A DNA stretch of 64,000 nucleotides, from NCBI GenBank assembly GCA_031458695.1, contig JAVKJW010000001.1, positions 128,001 through 192,000 on the forward strand. The letters are read 5' to 3'. Origin of the DNA: Candidatus Thermofontivivens primus (GTDB taxonomy: Bacteria; Sysuimicrobiota; Sysuimicrobiia; Sysuimicrobiales; Thermofontiviventaceae). Of this stretch, positions 1 to 10,273 are shown piece after piece (positions within the stretch are counted from its first letter, which is position 1; each line of letters starts with the position of its first letter). Position numbers and translations under genes: made by a program. The notes beneath the pieces are model-generated. The model had not been told where the DNA came from. It made no database searches and worked only from the letters and a program-made list of their open reading frames with translations.

Positions 1-414
1 ACAGCCGGGAACGTAGGCGCGGATCCTCCGGATGGTCTCGGCAAAGATCATCGCTCCCCCATCCTTGAGATCATCGCGGTTCACCGAGGTGATCACAGCA
101 TGACGCAGGCCCATGCGCTGGACCGCCCGTGCCACCCGCTCCGGCTCCATCCAGTCCACCTCCGTGGGGAGCCCGTGAGCGATCGCGCAGTACGCGCAGT
201 TGCGCGTGCAGATGTTGCCCAGGATGAGAAACGTGGCTGTGCGCCGACCCCAGCACTCCCCAATGTTCGGACAGCGGGCCTCCTCGCAGACCGTGTGCAG
301 CGTCTGGGTACGCATGATCTGGAGGAGGTCATGGAAGTTCGGACCCGATGGGAACTGTACGCGCAGCCACTCCGGCCGCCGCTGCACTTCGACCTTCTGG
401 TCTACCTGGTTCAT
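1..414 (-). CDS. lipA: Lipoyl synthase (5' part; gene runs off the window edge, missed by the ORF track)
   Basis: Manual translation from ATG 414: [27 protein letters not shown]...[17 protein letters not shown]...[19 protein letters not shown]...[15 protein letters not shown]. It has the LipA CX4CX5C motif and the radical SAM CX3CX2C motif; AGGGAG RBS upstream. Confidence 0.96.
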   Translation of the reverse strand, partial: MNQVDQKVEVQRRPEWLRVQFPSGPNFHDLLQIMRTQTLHTVCEEARCPNIGECWGRRTATFLILGNICTRNCAYCAIAHGLPTEVDWMEPERVARAVQRMGLRHAVITSVNRDDLKDGGAMIFAETIRRIRAYVPGC

Positions 415-565
415 CTGGCCTATTCTCCCTCTTTTCGGTTGCCTGAGTGATTTGGCGGACCATGTGAGCAATCTCGCAAGGTAGGAGGCCGGAAAGGTCC
501 CTTTTCAAAGGCTACCTGCTTCCCTGCCCACCCTCATCTGGTTCATCGCGTTCCCCAAGAAGACA

Positions 566-1807
566 TCAAAAGTCGCTCACCACTGCTGCATCGGACTTGA
601 ACCCCTCCAACTTGGCCTTGATGTGGTTCAGGAACTGGACCGCCACCGCCCCATCAAAGATGCGGTGGTCGAAGCTGAGTCCCAGGTGCATCATCTCCCG
701 GATGGCAATAGCATCCCACCGCACAACAGGCCTCTTGACAATAGCGTCCACGGCTAGGATCGCAGCCTGCCCAGGGACGATAATGGGCATGGACAGAAGG
801 GAGCCGAACACCCCTGGGTTGGTGATGGTGAAGGTCCCACCTTGTACCTCCTCGAGGGTAAGCTTTCCCTCCCTGGCCTTCCGTGTCAGCTCGGCGAGCT
901 CGCGGGCAATTCCCAAAAGGCTCTTCTCCTCCGCATTCTTGATCACCGGCACGATCAACCCTTCTTCGATGGCCACGCCGACACCGATGTTGATGGTTCT
1001 GCGCAGGAGAATCCCTTCCTCCGTCCACGTGGAGTTCACGATGGGGAATGCCCGGAGAGCTTCCACCGTGGCTCGCACGATGAACGCCGTATAGGTGATG
1101 TTCACTCCCTCGCGCGCGAGCCACTCCTCCTTGTGCGCTTCCCGCCAGCGTACGATCTCGGTCATATCTACTTCGACGATCCCGTAGGCGTGCGGGATCT
1201 CTCGCTTGCTCTGGGTCATGCGCTCGGCGATGGTGCGCCGGATCGGGTTTAGGCGGATGAGGGTGTCTCCTGCGGTGGGCAAGCCCTCTCGGGCTTCCTC
1301 CGCCCTCGAGGGTACCGCCGTGACGGCGGAGGGCTCTGTGGGGGATGGAGCAGGGCGGCGCGATTCCACGTAGCGGAGGAGGTCCTCTTTCGTGATGCGA
1401 CCTCCTGTGCCTGTCCCAGGGATGCGTGTGAGTTCCTCCGCGGAGACCCCGTGCTCCTCTGCCAGCCTCCGCACGAGAGGGGAGAGCCGCGGCCTCGCTT
1501 CCTCCCTGGGATGTCCAGGGGGCGCCTCCCCAGCCATTTCTTCCTTGGCCCCTTCCCCGGGAGCAACCTCTTCCACCTCCATCAGGGCAATGGGGGTCCC
1601 TGCAGGGACGGTCTGGCCCTCCTGGACCAGGATCTCCACCAGCCGCCCCTTCCACGGGGAGGGCATCTCTACGTTCACCTTGTCCGTGACGACCTCCACG
1701 AGGGGCTCGTACTGCTCCACCAGATCCCCAGGTTGTTTCAGCCACCGGCCGATGGTGCCTTCATAGACGCTTTCCCCCAGCTGGGGGAGCTTCACCTCCA
1801 CGGGCAT
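566..1807 (-). CDS. Dihydrolipoamide acyltransferase (E2) of a 2-oxoacid dehydrogenase, probably branched-chain type
   Basis: Lipoyl domain (TDKVNVE), E3-binding domain (GTGTGGRITKEDL), catalytic FDHRIFDG; adjacent to E1 genes. Confidence 0.93.
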   Translation of the reverse strand: MPVEVKLPQLGESVYEGTIGRWLKQPGDLVEQYEPLVEVVTDKVNVEMPSPWKGRLVEILVQEGQTVPAGTPIALMEVEEVAPGEGAKEEMAGEAPPGHPREEARPRLSPLVRRLAEEHGVSAEELTRIPGTGTGGRITKEDLLRYVESRRPAPSPTEPSAVTAVPSRAEEAREGLPTAGDTLIRLNPIRRTIAERMTQSKREIPHAYGIVEVDMTEIVRWREAHKEEWLAREGVNITYTAFIVRATVEALRAFPIVNSTWTEEGILLRRTINIGVGVAIEEGLIVPVIKNAEEKSLLGIARELAELTRKAREGKLTLEEVQGGTFTITNPGVFGSLLSMPIIVPGQAAILAVDAIVKRPVVRWDAIAIREMMHLGLSFDHRIFDGAVAVQFLNHIKAKLEGFKSDAAVVSDF

Positions 1808-1819
1808 ATCCGAACCTCC

Positions 1820-1924
1820 GCGTTTACCGCGTTAATAGCGTTTGTCGCGTCATCGCGTGTGTTGCGTCCATCGCGTTTGTGATGAACGCAATACACGCAA
1901 AAACGCGATAGACCCGATGAACGC
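1820..1924. repeat. Periodic inverted micro-array: 7 GCGT units (8-9 bp period) followed by 5 inverted ACGC units
   Basis: GCGT at 1820, 1829, 1838, 1847, 1855, 1864, 1873; ACGC/ACCC at 1886, 1895, 1903, 1912, 1921. Confidence 0.8.
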
Positions 1925-2907
1925 TAATACTGTGCCAGCCGGCGCATGGCTTCGGCGATCCTGCGCGCATCAGGCATGAACCAGCGCTCCAGAGGCGGAG
2001 CGTACGGAACCGCTGGGACCTCCGGCCCCGTCACCCGCATGATGGGCGCGTCGAGATCAAAAAACGCCTCTTCAGCGAGGATCGCTGCCAGCTCCGCCCC
2101 ATACCCTAGGAAACCGTTGTCCTCGTAGACGATGAGAGCTCGATTCGTCTTCCGCACAGAGGCGAGGAGGGTCTCCTTGTCCAGTGGACGAAGGGTCCGG
2201 AGGTCAACCACTTCCGCATCGATCCCCTCCTTGGCCACCTCCTCGGCGGCCACAAGAGCCTCATGGAGCATGAGCCCGTAGGCGAACACCGAGAGATCCT
2301 TCCCCTCTCGCCGGATAGCGGCCTTCCCGAGCGGCACGATGTAGTCCCCCTCCGGGACTTCCCCCCGGACCATCCTATACAGCTTCTTGTGTTCGAAGAA
2401 GAGCACAGGATCGGGATCCCGGATGCTCGCCTTGAGCAACCCCTTCGCGTCGCCAGGATGATAGGGCACCACCACTTTCAGCCCAGGGATGTGGGCAAAG
2501 AATGCCTCCACGCTCTGGGAGTGGTACAGCGCCCCGTGCACCCCGCCCCCATAGGGAGCGCGGATCACGAGGGGACAGCCGAAGGCACCGTTGCTTCTGT
2601 AGCGCATCCGGGCCGCCTCGCTCAGGATCTGGTTCATCGCTGGGAAGATAAAGTCGGCGAACTGGATCTCGGCAACAGGGAGGAGACCATTTGCGGCCAT
2701 CCCGATGGCCACGCCCACGATCGAGGACTCCGCCAGAGGCGTATCGATGACGCGTTCTCCCCCGAACCGGTCGTAGAGGCCCTCCGTAGCCCCGAAGACG
2801 CCACCCTTCCTGCCCACGTCCTCTCCCAGAACCAGCACCCGTTCATCGCGCTCCATCTCCTCATGGAGCGCCTGGTTGATCGCATCGATGAGGCGCAGCT
2901 CAGCCAT
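1924..2907 (-). CDS. 2-oxoacid dehydrogenase E1 beta subunit (branched-chain type)
   Basis: GEDVGRKGGVF, DTPLAE, EIQFADF, GGGVHGALYHSQS motifs typical of BkdAB. Confidence 0.93.
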   Translation of the reverse strand: MAELRLIDAINQALHEEMERDERVLVLGEDVGRKGGVFGATEGLYDRFGGERVIDTPLAESSIVGVAIGMAANGLLPVAEIQFADFIFPAMNQILSEAARMRYRSNGAFGCPLVIRAPYGGGVHGALYHSQSVEAFFAHIPGLKVVVPYHPGDAKGLLKASIRDPDPVLFFEHKKLYRMVRGEVPEGDYIVPLGKAAIRREGKDLSVFAYGLMLHEALVAAEEVAKEGIDAEVVDLRTLRPLDKETLLASVRKTNRALIVYEDNGFLGYGAELAAILAEEAFFDLDAPIMRVTGPEVPAVPYAPPLERWFMPDARRIAEAMRRLAQY

Positions 2908-2913
2908 TCCCCC

Positions 2914-3948
2914 TCACTCCCCGTTCTCTTCAAAGTAGACGTGACGCGTGGCCGTGAGCGGGTCAGGGTAGGGTGCCAATTCTGCGTAGGTTGTGGCGTC
3001 ATCGACCTCCTCCCGGATCCGGGTGTGGATCTCGGTGTACTTGGCCTCGTCCATGATCCCGGCGCGCTCGAGATAGTGCCGGAAGACGACGAGCGGGTCT
3101 ACGCTGCGGATCGCCTCCAGTTCCTCCACTGGGCGGTACTTCTCCTGCCTATCGTCGCTGCTGTGCGCGGTGAGGCGAATGACCTTGCACTCGACGAGCG
3201 ATGGCCCCTCCCCGCGCCTTGCCCGTTCCACCGCCTCCTTGGCCACGGCGTACACAGCGAGGACATCGCTCCCGTCCACAGTGTAGCCGGGGATCCCGTA
3301 TCCCTGCGCGCGGACAGCGATGTCCCGCACGGCCATCTGGAGTTCCTGAGGGACCGAGATGGCGTACCCATTATTCTCCACGACGAACACCACGGGGCAC
3401 CTATGGATAGAGGCGAAGTTCAGCGCTTCGTGCCAGTCGCCCTGGCTTGTCCCTCCATCTCCAATAGAGACCACGCAGATCTCCCCTGTCTTCCGCACCT
3501 TGGCAGCATAGGCGATCCCGACGGCGTGGGGATATTGGGTCCCCACGGGGCTGCTGGTGCTGAGGATTTTGTAGCGCGGGTGCCCGTAGTGTCCAGGCAT
3601 CTGGCGCCCTCCGCTGCTTGGATCCTCCGCTTTGGCGAAGAGGCTCAGCATGAGCTCCCTGGGCGTCATCCCCTTCATGAGCACCGCGCACACCGACCGG
3701 TAGTAGGGGACGAACCAGTCAAGATCCCGGTCGATGGCATACATCACGCCCGCCTGGGCGCCTTCATGCCCCTGTCCAGAGATCACGAAAGGTACCTTCC
3801 CCGCGCGCTGGAGAACCCACATACGCTCATCCAGGGCCCTGGCGAGGGCCATGTAGTAGTACATCTCCAGGAGATGCTCCCCGGCAAGGCCAAGCGCCTG
3901 GTGGCGAGACTCGATCTCGCGCACTCCCCTGGCTTCCTTGCTTTCCAT
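2914..3948 (-). CDS. 2-oxoacid dehydrogenase E1 alpha subunit (branched-chain type)
   Basis: FVISGQGHE, SGGRQMPGHY, TPP motif GDG...NN, AHSSDD. Start placed at ATG 3948 after GGAGGG. Confidence 0.93.
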   Translation of the reverse strand: MESKEARGVREIESRHQALGLAGEHLLEMYYYMALARALDERMWVLQRAGKVPFVISGQGHEGAQAGVMYAIDRDLDWFVPYYRSVCAVLMKGMTPRELMLSLFAKAEDPSSGGRQMPGHYGHPRYKILSTSSPVGTQYPHAVGIAYAAKVRKTGEICVVSIGDGGTSQGDWHEALNFASIHRCPVVFVVENNGYAISVPQELQMAVRDIAVRAQGYGIPGYTVDGSDVLAVYAVAKEAVERARRGEGPSLVECKVIRLTAHSSDDRQEKYRPVEELEAIRSVDPLVVFRHYLERAGIMDEAKYTEIHTRIREEVDDATTYAELAPYPDPLTATRHVYFEENGE

Positions 3949-4123
3949 CCCTCCACCCCCCATTAGCGTCCGTGGCGTTGTTTCTTCCGTGGGCGACTGG
4001 AACACACCACATGTCCGGCGGGAATGATCGAGGGGAACCCAAGATGGTGGGAGCCCTGCAGATCGCCTGGATCAGATGAGCAATGGGAAATCTACACCCG
4101 CCGTGGTTCCACCCCACCTACCT

Positions 4124-4216
4124 AACCCAACAAAATCTCTTGTCGAGATTTTGCTGAGAACCCCCTTATTTCAAGAGGCCCCCCCGCAAAAGTCAAAAGA
4201 CTTTTGCTGGGGTACT
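4124..4216. repeat. Full copy of a dispersed double-hairpin REP/BIME-like element
   Basis: Hairpin A CAAAATCTC-ttgtc-GAGATTTTG, spacer TTATTTCAAGAGG, hairpin B GCAAAAGTC-aaaa-GACTTTTGC, ending GGGGTACT. Reverse-complement matches at 47291 and 47902. Confidence 0.85.
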
Positions 4217-4264
4217 TAAAACCTTCTACCCTTTCCCTCTAGATCCCTGTTTTCCCTTTCCTCC

Positions 4265-5665
4265 CTACTGCCCGTGGATCGCCCGGTCCAGGGCATCGAG
4301 GGCTGCTTCCTTCAATGCTTCAGAGAGGGTGGGATGCGCATGGATGCTCCCTGCTACCTCAAAAACTGTGGCTTCCGACGAACGGGCCAGTACCCCCTCC
4401 GCCAATAGCTCGGTCACGGAAGGCCCGATCATGTGCACACCAAGGATCTCTCCAGTCTTCGAGTCGGTCACAACCTTGACGAATCCCTCGCGCTCTCCTA
4501 GGGTGAGCGCTCTACTGTTGGCCTGGAAGGAGAACCTTCCTACTTTTACGGGATATCCGGCCTCGCGCGCTTGCTTCTCTGTCATCCCAAGCGATGCAAC
4601 CTCCGGCATGGAGTAGGTACACCGGGGGACAGCGTGGTAGTCAATGGGCCGGGGGTTCATCCCGGCAATGACCTCCACAGCGAGGATCGCCTCCTCCGCC
4701 GCAACATGGGCGAGGAGGTAGCCTCCAATCACGTCCCCGATGGCGAAGATCCCCTCCACACTCGTACGCATGTACTCGTCCACGACCACAAACCCCTTCC
4801 TTGTCACCACCCCTACCTCCTCAAGGCCCAGATCCTCTGTGAGGGCTTCCCTGCCCACGGCCACAAGGAGGTATTCCGTCTCGATGAGGCGATCCCCCTC
4901 AGGAGTGGAGACGCGAACCTGGAGCCCTCCTTCCACTGGCTCAACCCCCTGGACTGTAGAGGAGGTGTAGATCTTTACTCCTTTCCTTACCAGAGCCTTC
5001 GCCATTGCCTCCCCAATCTCCTCATCCTCCATGGGGAGGACAGAGGGCATGAGCTCAACCAAGGTCACCTCTGCCCCGAAGGAGCGGAAGAGCGTGCAGA
5101 ACTCCACCCCAATGGCGCCAGCGCCCACGATCACCATGGATCGGGGGACTTCCGGGAGGTCCAAAGCCCCTGTGCTATCAAGGATACGAGCGTTGTCGAC
5201 GGGGATTCCTGGCAAGGAACGGGGCTTAGATCCCGTGGCGATAAGGACGTGCCGGGTTTCCACTTCCGTCTCCGAGCCGTCGTTGAGGGAGATCCCTACC
5301 TTTGTCGGGGAAAGAAGCCGCCCATGGCCTGAAAACACGTCCACCCGGTTCTTCCGCATGAGGTACCCGACGCCCCGGTGGAGAGTTTCCACTACCTGTC
5401 GCTTGCGTGCCTGCGCGCGGGCATAATCCAGGACGACCTCCCCGACGCGAAGGCCGAACTGGTCTGCCCGGCGTATCTTCTCCAAAAGCTCCGCAGTCTG
5501 CAGGAGGACCTTTGTGGGAATACACCCCGCGTGTAAGCAGACGCCCCCAAGCTTGTCCCTCTCCACGAGTGCGACCCGTAGCCCGAGCTGGGCGGCACGA
5601 ATGGCCCCTACGTATCCACCCGGTCCTCCGCCGATGATGGTGAGGTCATACGGCTCCGTCATCAC
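4265..5665 (-). CDS. lpdA: Dihydrolipoyl dehydrogenase (E3)
   Basis: GGGPGGY FAD motif, CLHAGC redox disulfide, HPTLSE C-terminal motif. Confidence 0.96.
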   Translation of the reverse strand: MMTEPYDLTIIGGGPGGYVGAIRAAQLGLRVALVERDKLGGVCLHAGCIPTKVLLQTAELLEKIRRADQFGLRVGEVVLDYARAQARKRQVVETLHRGVGYLMRKNRVDVFSGHGRLLSPTKVGISLNDGSETEVETRHVLIATGSKPRSLPGIPVDNARILDSTGALDLPEVPRSMVIVGAGAIGVEFCTLFRSFGAEVTLVELMPSVLPMEDEEIGEAMAKALVRKGVKIYTSSTVQGVEPVEGGLQVRVSTPEGDRLIETEYLLVAVGREALTEDLGLEEVGVVTRKGFVVVDEYMRTSVEGIFAIGDVIGGYLLAHVAAEEAILAVEVIAGMNPRPIDYHAVPRCTYSMPEVASLGMTEKQAREAGYPVKVGRFSFQANSRALTLGEREGFVKVVTDSKTGEILGVHMIGPSVTELLAEGVLARSSEATVFEVAGSIHAHPTLSEALKEAALDALDRAIHGQ

Positions 5666-6182
5666 CCATCACACCCAAAGGCAAAGAAGCGCTCATCGGC
5701 CTAGCCGCCTTCTCTTCCCTCTCCACCGTGTACAGCATTCCGCCCTCTACCCGGTCAATGAACAGCACACCATTGAGGTGATCTACCTCGTGCAGGATCA
5801 CCCGGGCAAGAAGGTCCTCGGCGATGAGGGTCTTCTTCCGGCCATTCTGCGTTTGTCCAGTCACCACGATGCGACGCGCCCGCTTCACAATCCCTGCGAC
5901 TCCTGGGATGGAAAGACATCCTTCCGGGCCGACTTGCTCCCCGGAGCGACGGACGATCCTGGGGTTCACCAGGACAAGGGGGCCTTTTCCGATGTCTGCC
6001 ACGATCACCCGCAGGGGGACACCTACTTGAGGTGCGGCGAGCCCGACGCCGTTGCTGGCGTACATCGTTTCCAGCATCTCCCGGATCAAGGCGCGGATCT
6101 CCCGCGTGACCCTCGGGGCCGGGCGGCTCCTGCGCCGCAGGATCGACGCGTCGGGATCATGAATGGTGATGATGCGCCTCAT
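5646..6182 (-). CDS. def: Peptide deformylase
   Basis: GVGLAAPQVG, EGCLS and HEVDH motifs; start placed at MRRIITI (6182), just after the nuoC stop. Confidence 0.93.
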   Translation of the reverse strand: MRRIITIHDPDASILRRRSRPAPRVTREIRALIREMLETMYASNGVGLAAPQVGVPLRVIVADIGKGPLVLVNPRIVRRSGEQVGPEGCLSIPGVAGIVKRARRIVVTGQTQNGRKKTLIAEDLLARVILHEVDHLNGVLFIDRVEGGMLYTVEREEKAARPMSASLPLGVMGDDGAV

Positions 6183-6193
6183 GCGAGGTGTGG

Positions 6194-6826
6194 CTACGCT
6201 CGTTCGCCAATGGGCTCCTCGCCTGTGGCGGCGATCTCCTGCTGGCGCTGCTTGGCGAGCTCGACGAGCCATGCAGGATCCTCGTAGACGTAATCCTTGC
6301 GGAGGGGATGCCCGATCCAGTCCTCCGTCATCATGATGCGCCGGAGGTTGGGGTGGCCCTCGAAGATCACTCCGAGCAGGTCGTATGTCTCCCGCTCGTG
6401 CCAGTTGGCACCATCCCAGATCCTCACCACAGAGGGAATCCGCGGATCTTCCCTGGGGACGACCACCTTGAGCAGGAGGTTGTGCCGGTGCTCCATGGAG
6501 TAGAGATGGTAGACGACTTCCATGCTGTCGGGGGGCCTGTCCACCGCAGTCACAAAGGAGAGGTAATCAAAGCGGAACTCCGGATCGTCGCGCAGGAATG
6601 TGCAGACCTCCAGCAGCTGCTCCCGTGGAACCAGGAAGGTAGGGTTCGGGTAGACAGGGACATGGGACTCCACCCGGGCTGGAGGTTTCTTCCCTTCAGC
6701 CTGCGCTTTCTGAACTTCCTCCTGGTGGCGGCGCTCCTCTTCCTGCCTGGCCTTCTCCGCTTCGGCCTTGAGATCGCGTAGGGAGGGAAACCTCTCAAGG
6801 AGCCGCGAGATGAGCTCTGGTTTCAT
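6194..6826 (-). CDS. nuoC: NADH-quinone oxidoreductase subunit C
   Basis: ANWHERETYDLLGVIFEGHPNLRRI...GHPLRKDY signature. Confidence 0.93.
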   Translation of the reverse strand: MKPELISRLLERFPSLRDLKAEAEKARQEEERRHQEEVQKAQAEGKKPPARVESHVPVYPNPTFLVPREQLLEVCTFLRDDPEFRFDYLSFVTAVDRPPDSMEVVYHLYSMEHRHNLLLKVVVPREDPRIPSVVRIWDGANWHERETYDLLGVIFEGHPNLRRIMMTEDWIGHPLRKDYVYEDPAWLVELAKQRQQEIAATGEEPIGERA

Positions 6827-7299
6827 CCTCGCACCCCTCCCACGACTCCCCGGGCAATGGGCTCCTTGGGGGCTGCCTGGTGGAGATCGGAAAGGGAGTA
6901 GAGCAACCGCGCCCGGTTATAGGTGCTTGTCTCGTAGTGTGGGACGAAGACGATGGCCTCTGTTGGGCAGACTTCTACACACAGGCCACAGTAGCAACAC
7001 TTGTCGATTTCAATATCGAAGCGCGTCAGGTACCTCTCCTTGCCCTTCCCCTCTGCCTCGATGTGGATGCACCTGTCGGGGCAGATGCGCTCGCACTGGA
7101 AGCAAATAATGCAGCGGTCATTCCCTGTCTCCGGGTCGATGGGAAGCGCCAGGAGCCCGTGCCATCGCGGGGAGACGTTGACCCTCTGCAGGGGGTAGAG
7201 GACGGTGATCTTGGGTTCCAAGAGCGTCCTCCAAGTGGACCGGAGCCCGACAACCAGCCCGATGACCGCCTGCGTTGCCCACTGAATGATTCCTTGCAT
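6823..7299 (-). CDS. nuoI: NADH-quinone oxidoreductase subunit I (2x[4Fe-4S])
   Basis: CIICFQCERICP and CCYCGLCVEVCP motifs, TVLYP N-terminal motif. Confidence 0.92.
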   Translation of the reverse strand: MQGIIQWATQAVIGLVVGLRSTWRTLLEPKITVLYPLQRVNVSPRWHGLLALPIDPETGNDRCIICFQCERICPDRCIHIEAEGKGKERYLTRFDIEIDKCCYCGLCVEVCPTEAIVFVPHYETSTYNRARLLYSLSDLHQAAPKEPIARGVVGGVRG

Positions 7300-7380
7300 C
7301 CTGACCTCCTTCCCGACCAGGAAAGCCAGCCTTCCACCTACTCTTCTAAAGGTCTCACGCTCGCCTGGAGCCTCTCCCCG

Positions 7381-7422
7381 GCCCCCACCGGAACCTCGTC
7401 GAAAAGATTTCAGTAGGGCTTC
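7381..7422. repeat. Degenerate hairpin-A copy of the REP-like element, abutting the nuoD stop
   Basis: GCCCCCACCGGAACCTCGTCGAAAAGATTTCAGTAGGGCTTC resembles GCCCCCAGCAATATCTCGACAAGAGACGTTGCTGGGGTTCC at 46067. Confidence 0.45.
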
Positions 7423-8526
7423 TCAGCGATCCACGTCGGAGAGGACGATATCCACGGACCCCAGGATGGCGATGACGTCGGCAACCTTCCACCCCCGCAT
7501 CATCTCGGTGAGAGCATAGAGGTTGCTGAACGAAGGAGCCCTAATCTTCACTCTGTACGGCTTCTCCGAACCATCGCTCACCATGTATATCCCGAGGTCC
7601 CCCCTCGGCGATTCTGTGTGAACGTACACTTCCCCTTTAGGCGGCCGGAGCGAGAGCGGGACCCTCGCGCGGATGCTGCCCCCAGGGAGCTGGGCGATGC
7701 ACTGACGGATGATGCGTACCGACTGGCGCATCTCTTCCATGCGCACCAGGTAGCGGGCGTAGCAGTCACCCTCTGTGTAAACAGGGATGTCGAACTCCAC
7801 GCGGTCATAGACCTCGTAGGGGTCAGCCTTCCGGACATCGTAAGCGACACCGGAGGCACGCCCTACTGGCCCTGAGGCTCCCATGGCAATGGCCACTTCC
7901 CTGGGAAGAACCCCCACTCCCTGGGTACGGACTTTGAAGATGGGGTTGCCAGTGAGGAGCTCGTCGTACTCAGGCAGGCGTTGCAGGAAGTAGTCGCAGA
8001 ACTCCAGCACGCGGTCGGTCCAACCTTCAGGCAGGTCTTCATAGACCCCCCCGATGCGGAAGTAGACGTGGTGGAGCCTCCCTCCTGTCACTGCCTCGAA
8101 GAGGTCCATGACGCGCTCCCGCTCTCGCATACACCAGAGGAAGGCGGTAAAGGCACCAAGGTCGATGCCGAAGGTCCCCAGCCACAGCAGGTGGCTTGCG
8201 ATGCGCTGGAGCTCCAGGAGGATCGTGCGGATGTACCGCGCTCGCTCCGGAACCTCGATCCCTGCAAGGCGCTCCACGGCGAGGATGTAGACTTCTTCAT
8301 TCGCAAGCGCGGTGAGGTAGTCCATCCCCCGGTCGGTCAGAGCGATCCCCTGGGCAAAGGTGCGGTGCTCTAGCATCTTCTCCACTGAGGAGTGGAGGTA
8401 ACCGATGTCTGGATGGACCTCAGTGATGTTCTCCCCGTCGAGGGTAACGATGAGACGCAACACCCCGTGGGTGCTAGGGTGCTGTGGGCCCATGTTCAAG
8501 ATGAGTTCTTCGGTCCTAAGCGCCAA
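7423..8526 (-). CDS. nuoD: NADH-quinone oxidoreductase subunit D
   Basis: [16 protein letters not shown]-terminus and [10 protein letters not shown]-terminus; no NiFe CxxC pairs. Confidence 0.94.
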   Translation of the reverse strand: MALRTEELILNMGPQHPSTHGVLRLIVTLDGENITEVHPDIGYLHSSVEKMLEHRTFAQGIALTDRGMDYLTALANEEVYILAVERLAGIEVPERARYIRTILLELQRIASHLLWLGTFGIDLGAFTAFLWCMRERERVMDLFEAVTGGRLHHVYFRIGGVYEDLPEGWTDRVLEFCDYFLQRLPEYDELLTGNPIFKVRTQGVGVLPREVAIAMGASGPVGRASGVAYDVRKADPYEVYDRVEFDIPVYTEGDCYARYLVRMEEMRQSVRIIRQCIAQLPGGSIRARVPLSLRPPKGEVYVHTESPRGDLGIYMVSDGSEKPYRVKIRAPSFSNLYALTEMMRGWKVADVIAILGSVDIVLSDVDR

Positions 8527-9088
8527 GGCCAGCTCCCACCCTACTTCTTCGCCGAAGGAAGGGTTCCTTCCGGATCTTCTCCTGGAGTTTGAGAATGCCT
8601 TCGATAAGAGCCTCGGGGCGCGGCGGACAGCCGGGGACGTATACGTCTACCGGGATCACCGTATCGATCCCCTTGAGGATCGAGTAGTTATCATAGTAAA
8701 AGGGACCGCCGCAGGTTGCGCATGAGCCCATGGAGATGACGTACTTTGGCTCGGGCATCTGCTCCCAGAGGCGGCGGACGATCGGTGCCATCTTAATGGT
8801 GCAGCGCCCTGCGACGAGGATACAGTCCGCTTGGCGTGGGGTCGCCCGGGGGATCACACCGATGCGGTCTAGGTCAAACCTCGTGGCGTACGCCTGCATC
8901 ATCTCGATGGCGCAACAGGCTAAACCAAAAGTGAGAGGCCAGATGGATGCGGACCTTGCCCAGTTCAGCAAGGACTCAACGGTGGTAAGAACGACTCCCC
9001 CACCGGGGAGCGCGTCAAGAATCTCCACTGCCCGGTCTATGGGGGCTACACGAATATGGCCTGCGGGAGGGTGGGCCGAATCGGACAC
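8516..9088 (-). CDS. nuoB: NADH-quinone oxidoreductase subunit B
   Basis: [34 protein letters not shown] start at 9088 after GGAGGGAG. Confidence 0.94.
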   Translation of the reverse strand: MSDSAHPPAGHIRVAPIDRAVEILDALPGGGVVLTTVESLLNWARSASIWPLTFGLACCAIEMMQAYATRFDLDRIGVIPRATPRQADCILVAGRCTIKMAPIVRRLWEQMPEPKYVISMGSCATCGGPFYYDNYSILKGIDTVIPVDVYVPGCPPRPEALIEGILKLQEKIRKEPFLRRRSRVGAGLGA

Positions 9089-9154
9089 AACACTCCCTCC
9101 TTGTAACCCCCCGGCCCTGTTCCAAGAGCAGGGGAGGCGGAAACACCGGTGAAC

Positions 9155-9183
9155 ATCATAGCATCTGAGCACCAGTTCGTCAA
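9155..9183 (-). promoter_or_regulatory. sigma70-type promoter for nuoB
   Basis: TTGACG-17-TATGAT with an extended TG. Confidence 0.7.
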
Positions 9184-9328
9184 ACCTGTTCTCTTCCCTG
9201 TTCCCAGAACTTCGCGAGGATGCCCATAGCCGACTGAACCGAGGAGGAGCTTTTGCTCGCCCCAGGTCCAACAGAGGCTCCTGCAACCTTGACGGAAGTC
9301 CTTGAGACCCGGTGTGAGGTGGAAACGA

Positions 9329-9369
9329 GGCCCGTAGCAGGATCTTGTCAAAGACTTCGCTGGGGTTCC
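9329..9369. repeat. Degenerate hairpin-A copy of the REP-like element
   Basis: GGCCCGTAGCAGGATCTTGTCAAAGACTTCGCTGGGGTTCC aligns to the 46066-46107 copy. Confidence 0.5.
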
Positions 9370-9432
9370 TGAGGAGGACTTCCCAGGACGTGATGAGAAT
9401 CCATGGGTAGCTAAGGGAGGGGAGCATGCGCG

Positions 9433-10266
9433 ATGACGTATCCCGTGGATGCGACTGTGATCGAGAAACTGGAAAAGAAGGCGAGAGAGCTACGCAAGAC
9501 CATCCTCCGCATGATCACCATGGCAGGCTCGGGTCATCCTGGGGGGTCTCTCTCGTCCATTGATCTGCTGGTGGCCTTGTACTACCACCACCTCCGGCAC
9601 GATCCGAAGAACCCAAAGTGGCCGGATCGCGACCGGTTCGTGCTCTCCAAGGGGCACGGTTGTCCTGCCCTTTACGCCGTCCTCGCCGACTGTGGATACT
9701 TCGGGGAGGAGCACCTATGGACCCTGCGCAAGGTGGGGAGCATTCTCCAGGGACATCCCGACATGACGCGCACTCCCGGGGTAGAGATCTCCACTGGTTC
9801 GCTTGGGATGGGATTCTCTGCAGCGATCGGGATGGCTCTTGGGGCACGCTTGAGCGGGCGATCCTACAGGGTCTATGCCCTTCTCGGTGACGGGGAGTGT
9901 CAGGAGGGAGCCGTGTGGGAAGGGGCGATGTTCGCCGCCCACTACGGCCTCGACAACCTCACCGCTATCGTGGACCGCAACGGCCTCCAACAGACGGGGA
10001 AGACCGAGGAACGTATCCGACTCGAGCCCCTTGCCTCCAAGTGGGAGGCCTTCGGGTGGCGCGTGCTGGAGATCGACGGACACAGCTTCCCCCAGATTCT
10101 CACCGCCCTTGAAGAAGCCAAAGGGACGCGGGGACGGCCGACAGTCATCATCGCGCATACTGTGAAAGGGAAAGGCGTCTCGTTCATCGAGGGGGTCGTG
10201 GGGTTCCATGGGAAGGCGACCACCCCAGAAGAATTGGAGAGAGCACTCGTTGAGTTAGGAGGGTAA
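9433..10266 (+). CDS. Transketolase, N-terminal (TPP-binding) subunit
   Basis: [34 protein letters not shown]. Confidence 0.93.
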   Translation: MTYPVDATVIEKLEKKARELRKTILRMITMAGSGHPGGSLSSIDLLVALYYHHLRHDPKNPKWPDRDRFVLSKGHGCPALYAVLADCGYFGEEHLWTLRKVGSILQGHPDMTRTPGVEISTGSLGMGFSAAIGMALGARLSGRSYRVYALLGDGECQEGAVWEGAMFAAHYGLDNLTAIVDRNGLQQTGKTEERIRLEPLASKWEAFGWRVLEIDGHSFPQILTALEEAKGTRGRPTVIIAHTVKGKGVSFIEGVVGFHGKATTPEELERALVELGG

Positions 10267-10273
10267 AAGAACA

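Noticed and set aside
421..565. CACTCAGGCAA upstream of lipA, resembling the 3' end of a glycine riboswitch
   Set aside because: The GGAGA and CCGAAG core elements are missing.
4098..4116. GGGTGGAACCACGG on the minus strand upstream of E1 alpha, resembling a T-box antiterminator bulge
   Set aside because: No complementary CCGT-CCC arm, no terminator and no recognisable stem I or specifier loop.
7423..9088. Group 4 [NiFe] hydrogenase interpretation of nuoB/nuoD
   Set aside because: NuoD lacks both CxxC nickel-binding motifs, and NuoB has the complex I tandem CC.
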